Part shown: positions 1 to 11,123 of the stretch, piece by piece
How positions within the stretch are numbered: the stretch's first letter is position 1
Layout of the letters: every line of letters starts with the position of its first letter
NCBI GenBank assembly: GCA_039621445.1
Contig: CP154954.1
Location: forward strand, 23,324,954-23,388,953
Length of the DNA: 64,000 nucleotides
Direction: 5' to 3'
From: Euglena gracilis
Taxonomy: Eukaryota
Translations under genes and position numbers: made by a program
The notes under the pieces: generated by a model
The model's database searches: none
Seen by the model: only the letters and a program-made list of their open reading frames with translations
Told to the model about the DNA's origin: nothing

Positions 1-580
1 GTGATGGCCATCATTGGTCATGATGGCCATCATGGGTCATGATGGCCATCATTGGTCCTGATGGCCATCATTGGTCCTGATGGCCATCATTGGTCATGAT
101 GGCCATCATTGGTCATGATGGCCATCATTGGGCATGATGGCCATCATTGGTCATGATGGCCATCATTGGTCATGATGGCCATCATTGGTCATGATGGCCA
201 TCATTGGATTGGTCATGATGGCCATCATTGGTCATGATGGCCATCATTGGTCATGATGGGCCTCAGGGGTCATGATGGCCATCATTGGTCATGATGGCCA
301 TCATTGGTCATGATGGCCATCATTGGTCATGATGGCCATCATTGGTCATGATGGCCATCATTGGTCATGATGGCCATCATTGGTCATGATGGCCATCATT
401 GGTCATGATGGCCATCATTGGTCATGATGGCCATCATTGGTCATGATGGCCATCATTGGTCATGATGGCCATCATTGGTCATGATGGCCATCATTGGTCC
501 TGATGGCCATCATTGGTCATGATGGCCATCATTGCCCATGATGGTCATCATGGGTCATCATGCACATTATGACCCATGAT
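1..580. repeat. 19-bp tandem satellite (TGATGGCCATCATTGGTCA)n; degenerates after ~530 and runs off the window start
   Basis: Period read directly; successive units generate the 14-bp palindrome ATGATGGCCATCAT. Confidence 0.95.
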
Positions 581-636
581 TGGCATCACCGGTCATGATG
601 CGCATCATGGCCATCACAGGCCATGATGGCCATTAT

Positions 637-1660
637 GGTCGAAAAACGCCCATTTTCGGCTCGAAAACCCCTTTTCCGGGTCCAGGAGGCCAAAAAACAT
701 CGTTTCGGGCAAAAAAAATTTTTTCGATTTTTTTCGACTTTTTTGACCCGGTTTTGGCCCGAAGTCAATGGGTTGGCGGCCCAGAACGGGGCGCTGGCGG
801 GTCGAAAAACGCTCATTTTCGGCTCAAAAACAGTTTTTTCCGGGTCCGGGAGGCCAAAAAACATCGTTTTGGGCAAAAAAAAAAATTTTCGATTTTTTTT
901 GACTTTTTTGACCCGGTTTTGGCCCGAAGTCAATGGGTTGGCGGCCCAGAACGGGGTGCTGGCGGGTCGAAAAACGCTCATTTTCGGCTCAAAAACAGTT
1001 TTTCCAGGTCCGGGAGGCCAAAAAACATCGTTTTGGGCAAAAAAATTTTTTTCGATTTTTTCGATTTTTTTGGCCGAAAATGGCTAAGTCGAACAGTGGA
1101 AAACGTGTACAAAATGGCCAAAATTGGCCGAAAAAACGGCCGTATCTCGGGCTAGGCGGTGAGCTGCGATGAAACCAAAATCACAGTAGATAGAGCGTTC
1201 CAAGGGCTTCAATTTAGGTCTCTGGACATTTCCTTTGATTTTGCATCATTTTCGAGAAATTTTGAAAACATTGATTTTTTGACCCCCCACCCCCCGAAAA
1301 CGGCTAAGTCGAACAGAGGGAAAAGTGTACAAAACGGCCAGCTGCGCCGAAAACGGCCGTATCTCGGGCTAGACGGGGCGTTGCGGGGAAATCAAAATAC
1401 CAGTAGATGGGGCGTTCCAAGGGCTTCAAATTAGGTCTCCGGACATTTCCTTTGATTTTGCTTCATTTTGGAGATATTTTGAAAATTGACATTTTTTGGC
1501 CGTCCAAAGGGGGGGGGGGGGGGGGAGGGGGGGGGTGGGCGAATCCTACCCAGTTTGGACCCCTTCGCGCGTGAATAACTCGGGCCTGGCGGGGAGTTGG
1601 GGGTCAAACCCAGGTGATTCGGAAACTAGGAATCCAGTCGCTCGTGACTGAAAAAAAAAT
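637..1660. repeat. Dispersed A/T-tract-rich repeat with ~165-bp tandem subunits (starts ~637, ~800, ~965) and a second internal duplication (~1080-1290 vs ~1300-1500)
   Basis: GGTCGAAAAACGC.CATTTTCGGCTC.AAAAC recurs three times; a diverged copy lies at ~6553-7000. Confidence 0.8.
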
Positions 1661-1807
1661 TTTCGGGAACGGGGCCGGGATCATGGTGATAATCCGCCGG
1701 TTCCCGAGGTGGCCCCGAGGGGGGGGGGAGGGGGGGGGGGTGGGGGGGGGGTTTTCCCCCAGTGGTAAGCTTCGCTCTTACCCATAAAGGGATAAGAGCT
1801 CAGCGAC

Positions 1808-1990
1808 CCCCCCCTACCCCCCCCCCCCCCCCCCCCCCACCCCCCCCTTGCCCCCCCCGACCCCCCACCACCCCCCCCTTGCCCCCCTGCCCCCCCCCCT
1901 TGCCCCCCCCCCTACCCCCTACCCTACCCCCCCTACCACCCTACCCTACCCCCCCCTACCCCCCCCCTACCCCCCTAACCCTACCCTCAC
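1808..1990. repeat. Poly-C / (CCCTAC)-like low-complexity tract
   Basis: C runs interrupted by TA/TT; the Pro-rich ORFs over it are by-products. Confidence 0.8.
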
Positions 1991-2514
1991 CCGGGTTCGT
2001 GCCATATATGAAGAACTCGCCAAATTTTGGGGCCTTTTAAAGGATTTTGTCCTTTTTTTCAGCCACCAATTTTGTTGGAACCAATTTGATCTACCCCTCC
2101 CTCGGCCCAACCTCAGAAAGCGCCTTGATGCCCCCGTGGCACGATGCAGGACAGGAATAATATCGCCGTTGAGGGTTGAGGGTGCTTCACATCCCCCCCG
2201 CGCTTCCTGCAAATGCTTTCTGTGACTTTCTGTTCCCGAAAGGCACCAGGGAGGTCTTTCTCAGACCCTTGCACGTTGGGCCTTCTGCAGCTGGTCGCTC
2301 AGCAGTGCCGTCGCCCCATCTTTGGGGTTTAACCGGGATGCCGGACCCTTTCTGAGGCGAGTCCCCCTTTTTTTGGGTTCAATACCCAACCCCCAACGAC
2401 CATTGGGTTGATTGTTGGGGTTTGGGTATTGAACCCAAATTTGTGATTTGATTGGGGGGGAAGGGGGTTGTTGCCGAGTCGGGTTCGGTCGACACCCATG
2501 GTGTGGGTGCCCAG

Positions 2515-2646
2515 GATCGTGCTGACCCAGCTGGTGGAAACGGACCTCAGCCCCATGAAGGCGGACTACATGTGGTTCCGGCACTTCTGCCTCGAGAACT
2601 CCATGACCGACTCCGAGGGTTTCCTGAAGAAGCTGAGCACCACCCG
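2515..2646 (+). CDS. Internal exon of an unidentified host gene (IVLTQLVETDLSPMKADYMWFRHFCLENSMTDSEGFLKKLSTTR)
   Basis: Strong GC3 bias; candidate CAG acceptor ending at 2514 (less certain); GT donor at 2647 splices in frame to the exon at 3610. Confidence 0.65.
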
Positions 2647-3609
2647 GTGGCTTTCCCCTTGAGCGGCAATCATCCCAAAAGTCATCTCGATGCTGTCCCG
2701 TTCTCTTCCCAGTGTTTGTGTCAGATCCTTGGGATGGATCGCGCGACCAGAAGTTCCAGTCGGCTTCCTGATACTCCCCAGCAAGCACCTATGCCGACCG
2801 CAGCCGACCGCAGCCGACCGCGGCTTTGGTGACTGTCATAGGTAGGGTGCCGCAGCCGACCGCAGATTTTTTCCCCCAAGTCCAAGGGGCTTGTGAAGTT
2901 GATGCTTTTCTGGGCAAGCATTGCCACACAATGATTGGATTTTCTCCTTTGAGAGGCTTGATGCTTCAGTCTTTCATGGCATTGCAGATGCGGATTGTCA
3001 TTAAGGAGTTTATTGCTAGTTCTTTGTTCTGTGTTCTCTTTGACAAGCGATGGCGCGAAATCATCCAAACTGATGACTGTCTCAACATGTCTAATGGCAC
3101 CCTTGACGCCCTTTTGTTTGTGAAAATGAATCGGCGTCTCTACAACGTTAGCGCCTGACCGGTGGTCGGACGCCGGAGAAGATTGTGTTGTCCCTCATGG
3201 TATTGCATTTTGGGAGTAACCACCTGTTCTTTTCTTTTGTCATCGGTGGTTTCGTCATCCAAGAGTGGGCAAATAAGTGCTGACCGCAGCCAACCCGCTG
3301 CCGACCACAGCCGACCGCGGAAAAAAACTTGGCCCTGACCATAGGTGCCTGCTCCCCAGGAGAAGGAAAATGGGAAACATGAGATTGGCCAAAGTGCTCA
3401 CCGGCTGAAACATCATGCCTTTTGTTGTGGTGGTCATCAATTTTTTGTAATGATGCGAACTCGAAGAGTCGAGGTCCATTTTGCGTTAGCACGAACGCTC
3501 TTGGCGGCGTCGTTCTGCTTCGTCACTGTGTCGCAATCCCGCCACGAGACGGCCGCTCCACCCAGCCCCACGCCCCCGGGCTGCGTGTGTGACGTCCTTA
3601 CCTCCGCAG

Positions 3610-3814
3610 GCCGTCCTTCGCGGAGCGCCTGATGGTGACCCGGCTCGACGCCTTCACGCAGTGGTCGAAGGGCTATGCGGAGGGCCACATGCGGCAGCGG
3701 CTGCTGGACAGCGACCTGCGCGTGCGGAAGCACCAGCTGGCCGCCGCCATCCAGCTGGAGGCGCGGGGCCGGACCCCCGTGGGGAGGGCCGCGGAGGAGA
3801 GGGGCGAGCCCTGA
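3610..3814 (+). CDS. Last coding exon of the same host gene (PSFAERLMVTRLDAFTQWSKGYAEGHMRQRLLDSDLRVRKHQLAAAIQLEARG...EP*)
   Basis: CCTCCGCAG acceptor ends at 3609; CG|G restores the frame; very high GC3; TGA at 3812-3814. Confidence 0.7.
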
Positions 3815-6552
3815 CGGCGGCTGCGGAGCGCGCAACATCGTGAGTGACAGCAGTCACACCCCCAGCATTTCCGGAGGCACTTGGGTTTTGGGCACGGCTG
3901 GGCAGTTGCTGTTTCATTGGGCCATCATTTGCGTTGTCAGGTAGTTGCCAACTTCTGGAGACCACCTCCCAAAGAATCTGCAGTTCGAACCAATTACATG
4001 GAAATGACAAGTTCAAGTGTTGGTTTTTTGTGGGGTGGTCCCGGGTATCATTTTTCGCCCGAAGTCCTGGCCCGAGGGACGGTGTTATTTGGGGGGTTGA
4101 ACTCCTGAAATATTTTGATGTCCAAAAAGAAGGGCCAAAATTGAGCTATGTGGCGTGAGGAATGGTTGAACACCTCTTGTGCATTTTCCCAAAAGGAAGT
4201 TTTGTCAAAAGTTGCGGGAATGATGGGGAGGGGAAGACTTGCACTGGCCTTTGCACTTTTGACAGCAACACGTTCGGAGTTCTTGGAGAGCCTTGCTCTT
4301 GTGGTGCCGCGAAGAGCTTGCGAAGTCGGACCCTCAGGGGGGGCATCATTTGAGGGGAGGGTTTAAATGGGCAGGAGGGGGAATTTATTTTTACAGTCGG
4401 TGACAGTTTTCCCTGTTTACACAAATGAATTTTGTGATTTTTCGTCAGCAATGCTTGGAAAGTCTTGGCTTGAGTGGGTAGATTCTGTTCAAGGCAAATC
4501 TTTCTTTGTAATTGAAATCTTCAAAGCGGTTTGTGGAGTGTGGAGGTGGCAAATTTAAGCCTGGAGGCTGGATAAGATTCTTCGCTTTTTTAACAGCCCA
4601 GAAAAGATGATAAATTTGGTTGGCTTTGAGCGACTTCCCAAAAAAAATGCAGGAGTACGTGAAACCCTGCAAACGGTGAGGCGGCCAAACCCCCTCCCCT
4701 GCGGCAATTCATGTTTCTGGGGCAAACCCTTTTTGGATCAACAAAACGCTCTGGCCCGTTTGATGCCTTAGGCCGATACCCCGTCAGCGTTGCGACCAGC
4801 GCCGCCCTCTCCTTCCAGGGTGGTGCCCCGCCGGGTGGACCGGTCCATAAGGGACGGGAAGCTTTTTTCCCTTTAAGCACTGCTGCCCTTAGGCCCAACG
4901 GACGGCCAGCGGCCGATCTGGGGATCGAACGGGGGCGAAAAATTCAAAAAAAAGTCAAAAAAACCGCATTTTTCTACGTTTGGGAGGATGGGTGGATGGT
5001 GTGAGAATGCCAGAAATTACTTTCTTTTCCCGAGTTTGGCGCATTCTTGCCAAAATATGGCCATTTTTTTGGACCAGTTTGCCTGTGGATTTTTCATTAA
5101 ATACTGCCCTGTGTATCCCCAATGAACCAAAAAAATTTCCCTGGCGCTTCGCTTGCTTTTCAGCACCTGTTTTTGTCACTTTGGAGGAAAAAAATCATCT
5201 GAACCCGAAATTTTGACGCTTTTTGAAGCCCCTGAAAATTTTATGGCGTTTTGCGCCATACACTTTTTTTTAACTCAGGGTGGAGGGTGGGGTAGACCCC
5301 CTCCTGGGGGGGGGAGGGAAGTCCAGGACCACCCGCCTTCCCCCCTCTCACGTAATACCTTGCTCAGGGGGCATCAAAAATCACCATTTACGGACCCTTT
5401 GCGACCCAATGAGAACAATGGCTCGGGGGGGGGGGGCTTGAAGAATTTGACCTGGCAATGTTGCCGGCATGGTCTCTGCACTTGGGCATTCTGCGGTCTG
5501 AGTTTTCATTGACTTTGGCGTTTGCAGTCCAATGGCACAGGTCCAAAACCCGTGCAGCGTCATGTTTCAATTGGCCGTTGCCTGACGGTTTAGCCATCAG
5601 GCAATCCGCCACAGCAAGCATCACTGACCTCCTCTCCTCGCCACCTCCCTATTGTATTTGCTGATTTGTGCTCCAGGAGGGCGACTGTCCCCTCTTGTCC
5701 GAGCTGTCCAAAAATAGAGTCTCGCTTGCCAATGTGGGTTGCTTGATGTTTTGCCTGTCGAGAGTGAAAGGCAGCTTACCTTCTGAATAGGAGACGTCTG
5801 GTCAACTCAGAAACAGCCATTTTTCATTGAAATTTTCATCTGCTTTTGGAGGGCCCTCAAATCCCCTCCAAAAAAGGACGCTGGGAGCATCATATTTGAG
5901 GGGGGAGAGTTTGCCCCTCCGTTGGCAGGGAGGAGGAGATAATTTTTATTTGAATTTTATTGAGAGGTTGGTGACCTGAGGAGGGGTTCGGTGGGTGGGT
6001 CCTACTGAGTGGGTACCCCCTTTGGGGGTACCCACTCAGTAGGGGTTCGGTGGGTGGGTCCTACTGAGTGGGTACCCCCAAAGGGGGGGGGAACCCCCTG
6101 TTGTTCAGTGCATTGTGCCAGAAGAAGGTTTGGTTGCCAAAATGACCCCCAAAAGTGGGTCCCTGCCAACCAGGGTACCAAGTGAGAGTTGGTTTTGAAC
6201 AGGGGAAGGGCCCTCCCACCCCCCCCCCAGGCTGAGGGAGGGGGGGCCGGGGACCCCCTGGAACCAACATTTTTTTTTCCCTGGCGCTTTGCGCTAGAAG
6301 AATTATTTTTTATCATCTGTTTTGTCAATTTGGTAAAAAGAAATTCAGCCTGAAAGCGCAATTTGGGCGCTTTTGAAGCCCCTCGAAAATTCCCACTGGA
6401 TTTTATCCCAGGGGGGGTCAACCAGGTTTTTTGTAGTGCTGAGCTCTTCACGTGCATACTGCAGCAGCTGTTTTGGGCGTGTGGCAGCCAGGGCCTAGCG
6501 GGCCCAGCCTGGCGGCAGGCGGCCCGGCACGGCTTGGTCGGCCCGGCGGTCC

Positions 6553-7000
6553 AGCTCATTTTCGGCTCCAAAACAGTTTTTCCGGGTCCGGAGGTCAAAA
6601 AAACATGGTTTCGGGCAAAAGGATTTTGGTTTTTTTCCGACCTTTTCGACCGAAATATGGCGGAAATCGACTAAGTCGAAACACGCGAAAACTTTTTTAA
6701 AATGGCCCAAACGTTTCAAAAGATTGGCTAAAAAAAAATGGGCTAGGCGGGGAGTTGCAGGAAATAAAAATACTTCTAGATAGGGTATTTCAGGTCTCCT
6801 GACATTTCCTTTAATTCCCCGCCATTTTTTGAGAAGTTTAAGGAAACTGATTTTTTTTACCCCCCCCCAAAAGCGGTCAAAACGGCCAAGTCGCGCTCTC
6901 CATGGTTTGGACCCCATCGTGGGTGAATAACTCGCCCCTGGCGGGGAGTTGGGGGTCAAAAAAAGGTGATTCAGAAACTAGAACTCCAGTCACTCGCGAC
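6553..7000 (+). repeat. Diverged second copy of the 637-1660 repeat family
   Basis: Shares GCTCATTTTCGGCTC.AAAACAGTTTTTCC and GTGAATAACTCG..CCTGGCGGGGAGTTGGGGGTCAAA blocks. Confidence 0.8.
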
Positions 7001-7899
7001 TGGTGACCTTTGGGCGTTTGGAAACAAATAATTCTCGTTGATGGGGGGTCCCGGGCTGAAAAAAAGGCTGCTTGGTGGCCAGACCCCCCCACAGGGGGGT
7101 CGGGCCAAATTTTCTGAAGCAACGCCCTAGTTGCGTACCAGGTAAAAAACTCACTGAACAATTGCCTGCCTTCAAGGCTGAGGCGTGCAATACCACCCGG
7201 AGGGCGAAAATTTATTAAACGGGCCTCTCAGAAACGTTGACAAAGAGGTATAAACAATCCAAACGACACCGCCGGCGAGGAAGGCATGGCCTCACAGGGT
7301 CTTTGTGCTTCGCCCTCGGTGTCCCTTCCGCCCTGGTCGTTTTTCCTCGAGGGAGTATGAAAGCTCCAAAGAAAAACCACTTGCGCCAAGCGAGAAAAAA
7401 AATTGTGCCCAACGAAGGGAAGGCAGCAAATTAATAAATCGCAAATGCATGCGCACATTCAGCACGATCTGCCATTTGAATTTAGCAGCCTGCGGTCGCC
7501 AAAAAAAAATTGTTCTGAAAAGCAGCTAGGGCTAAAAAATGCGACAAGCGCGTTGCATGAGGCCCCTTGGGGGGTCCTGCTTTTAGGCTAGAAATTTGGG
7601 CTGCGCTGCTGGCTGCCCCCCCCCCGCCCCATTGGGGTCCTGAGTGGGAGCTGTTGAAAATGGCATTATGTTAATGAAAAATGTCACTTTGCCGGTGAAA
7701 AATGTCATTATGGCCCGGGGTCGAACCGGGTAGAAAAAATCGACTCCCGACTCATTTCCTCCCATTTTTTGACCATTTGTGCCCATCTTTGGCCATTTTA
7801 GTGCCCCCGAATGCGAAAACGTAGAAAAAAGCCTTTTTTTGGTTCGTATTTTCTCGGACCCTTCGGCCTTGGCTGTTTTTTGAGGGGGGCGCCGGCCTT

Positions 7900-9690
7900 C
7901 AAATTCAATGTACTCAAATCTTTATTTTTATGGCTCTTGAGCCTTTCCAAATCAACCTTGAAATTGATTTTTTATAAAATTCAGTTTCTTCAAAGCACAA
8001 ACAATTGATATTTTTTAGTGTTCACCAGTAAATTGGGTAGGCAAAGAACCCTGTGTGTGAGATAGGGTTTGAAATTGGGGGGTTCGATTTGGGGCTGTGC
8101 TTAACTAGGAATTTGCTCTGATCCTACCGACCGGAAAATTTCGGCCGACTGGTCCAGGAAATTTCGCCAGTTAAGGCCGGAAAGGCCAAAATACGGGTTC
8201 AGGCTTCAAAGGCCTACCCACAGAACCTTTTCCGAACTTTTAATTCGACTGAAATCCAAAAATGGGAATTTCTATGATTTTTCAAGCCCCAAGGCCAATT
8301 TAGGTCAGATTGTTGGTTAAGGACCCCTTAAAACCGTTACCGTCCGAGCTCGCTTGGTTAGAACGTCCCGCTTAGTGGCGCCTCGCCGATGATGCTGCTC
8401 CGAACTTGGCGCGGTGGCTGCTTGCCCTTGGGGGGTGGCGTCCCCCCCTCCCCCCTGGCCCCCACTCTCTGACCGAGGGCTTTTGAGCACAAACTTTCGT
8501 TTACTGGTAAGGGGGTCGGGCTCACAAGGTGTTTGTGCTTCGCCCTCGGCGCCCCTTCCTCCCCTGGTGTTTTTCTTCGAAGGAGTACGAGACACCTCGG
8601 GCTCCGCACTTTGCCCTTGCGAGGCCAGATTTTACACTGAAATCAGGGGGGCCAGGGCATTTTCTAAGGCACCTTCGCAGCAAGTCTTTGATAGTGGGCT
8701 GTGAATACCCCCACCCCCCTTCCACTGGCCAATTTCACAAACTTCTTGGGAACAAACGCCCAATTTTTTGAGTAAACCAGTGGGCCCCCCACACCTGGGT
8801 GGAACCACTTGCTTGGCCAAAAAGTATTTTGTGATGGATGCAAGGTTTCTGCACTTATGGCCCTGAAGGAGGGATTTAATGAATTTAGGAGGGGGCCCCG
8901 TGGTCTGACGAATTAACGTTTATTAGCATCCAAATAGCACATCATTAAATGTAATGGGCATATTTAGGGACACTGGGGAATGGACAAAACCCTTTTCCAC
9001 TTACGGAATTTTTGCCTTTTACGCTTAATCTTGATGTAGGGCGCCCTACCCAACACACTGGTGGTTCGTTTGACTGGTTGTAAGTCTGAGGATCGGTGTA
9101 AACAGAGGATTAGTGAGCAAAAAATCAAATACATGTGCAAATACATGTACAAATATCAGCCAGAGTAGGCGGCTTTGCCAGCAGGAGGATTGGGAGTGGC
9201 TCCCAAAATACCCCATGCTTCTCCAGGTTTTAGTTCCAAAGCCTCTTGTAGGTGGTTAACAGTTGTAAAGGGGACCTAGCCCAAAGATTGGCCAAAATTT
9301 GCCTGAGTGGGGCCTAAAAACACTGAAATTCCATTTTTTGGTTTTCAGTCGAATTTAACCTAGGAAAAAGGTTATTATGGTTCGGCTTGAAGGCCTGAAC
9401 TCAATTTCTGACCTTGCAGGGACGATTCTTTGAAATTTTCAAGACTGGCCGACCAATTTTCCACAAAAAGATTTGCCATTTTCCCTAATTAACCTAAGAA
9501 AGTCCCCACTCAAACCCACCAATTTCAAACTCAATCACACAACACAGGGTTCTTATCCCACCCAATGCACTGGTGAACACTACAAAAAATATCAATTGTT
9601 TGTGCATGCAAGAACCACAATTTGATAATAAAAAATTCAATTTTAACGTTCATTGGAAAAGGCCAAGTGAAAAAAGAAAAAGTTTGAAAA
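7900..9690. mobile_element. Foldback/non-autonomous DNA-transposon-like element with ~400-bp imperfect inverted arms (~7900-8310 and ~9290-9690); ends approximate
   Basis: GCACAAACAATTGATATTTTTTAGTGTTCACCAGT (~7995) is the near reverse complement of ~9569-9606; AATTCGACTGAAA (~8242) pairs with TTTCAGTCGAATT (~9343). No transposase ORF. Confidence 0.65.
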
Positions 9691-10698
9691 TATTTTGACT
9701 CGAATCCCGGCGGCTGCCTCAGCAAAAAGTCGAGGTCGAAGGATCCCCAAAAATTCGGACCAAGGTCGGGGCTTCATGGAGTTCCTACCCCGATCCTCCG
9801 GCCAGAGCGAGGCCCGCCAGGCAGCTGATGCAGAAGAAAGACAAAGAAGAAAGACAAGAAAGAAGATTGAAGCTGAAGTAACAACAACGTCTTGGTTAAA
9901 GCCACGCAGTATTGAAGCTGTGCGCGGTATTGAAGCTGCGGACACATACAACACATGACAATGGTGTGCAGCAGACAACCCCCAACCACAGCCCTAAGGC
10001 TACTAAAGAGCCCGAAAAATTGTATGCATTCAGAAGTGTCAGGTGGGAGAATTTCACTGCCACAACGCATTCCATCTGCTTATTTTTCAAAAAAACATCT
10101 TTCTTGCCGAGTTTTCTTGTCGCATCAGCACAGATTTTCAGAAAAGTGAATACCCAGCATATTTTCATGGGTTACCGCAGGATTTTCACACCCGAGAAGA
10201 TTTTTCATAAGCAAAATGGCTAATTTTCGCACGAATTCAATTGAGGACCCAGAATTTTCTGGAATTTTCTCAAGACTCCCCACAGTTTCTGCCAACAGCA
10301 TGCATTTTCAGTAATATTTATTGTGGGGGGCAGAGTCCCATTTACAAAGTTGCACATATTTTCCCCCACAAGAAAATCCAGGCGTTGTATCACCCAGGAT
10401 CTTTCAGTTTTCAAGTGAAAAAAGTGAACTTTCCCTTTCTCCGTCACAGAAATTTCCTGTGACTTTGGCAGATTTTCAGGAAAAAAATTCGGAGATGGGT
10501 TATATCCTCCGGACGGGACAATGTGACAATTCCATTGTGCAACGGGATTTTGCTGTAGTTTTCACATTTCTTTCAGCCAATCTTGTCGAAGAATGGTGGA
10601 ATCCTCCGTACGGGAAAATTTTCTCTTTTGCCCCTCCCCAAGCTGGGAGCGGGCACGGTTCAGCCTTTTTGGCTGGTGGAGGAGAAACAGGAATTGAG

Positions 10699-11123
10699 TG
10701 TACGTCCAAAGCATTCCCTTTTTCCCTTTTTGGGACTTTCTGAAAAGCCTTTCGCTTTCGCCTTGGTGCGCAGCCTACTTATGGTTGGGAAAAGTCTTTG
10801 GAGTAACAAAAAGTGGTTTTCCCCTTTTGTTCCCAATTCCCCAAAACATAAAGCACAAGACAAAGACTTCAGAAGTTTCTTCTGGAGTCAAGTTCGATTG
10901 TTCTGAGTTTTTTTCCCTCTGACAAAACCAATGGTCAAACTTGGAAGTGATGACAGTGAAGAATACCACCTGTGGGGGAAGGAGGGAAAAGTGCTGACGT
11001 GTCCAGGGGCAGATCCCAGAAGAGTTTGCCACGATCTTACCAACTGTGGTTTCCACAGTGGTGCGACCGTCAGAGAACCCACTCTGCAGATATCCTACAG
11101 AGCCGGGACGTGCCTGGTACACA
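10699..11123 (-). mobile_element. 3' LTR of gypsy family-1 copy D
   Basis: TGTACGTCC...TGCCTGGTACACA termini, homologous to 28958-29366; adjacent polypurine tract on the minus strand (GGGAGGGGGA, 11124-11133). Confidence 0.85.

Noticed and set aside
580-1434. Phe/Lys-rich ORFs as genes
   Set aside because: They arise from A/T-tract tandem repeats open in several frames on both strands.
1762-2225. Proline-rich (extensin-like) proteins or a telomeric repeat
   Set aside because: Poly-C low complexity; no regular CCCTAA array and no codon structure.
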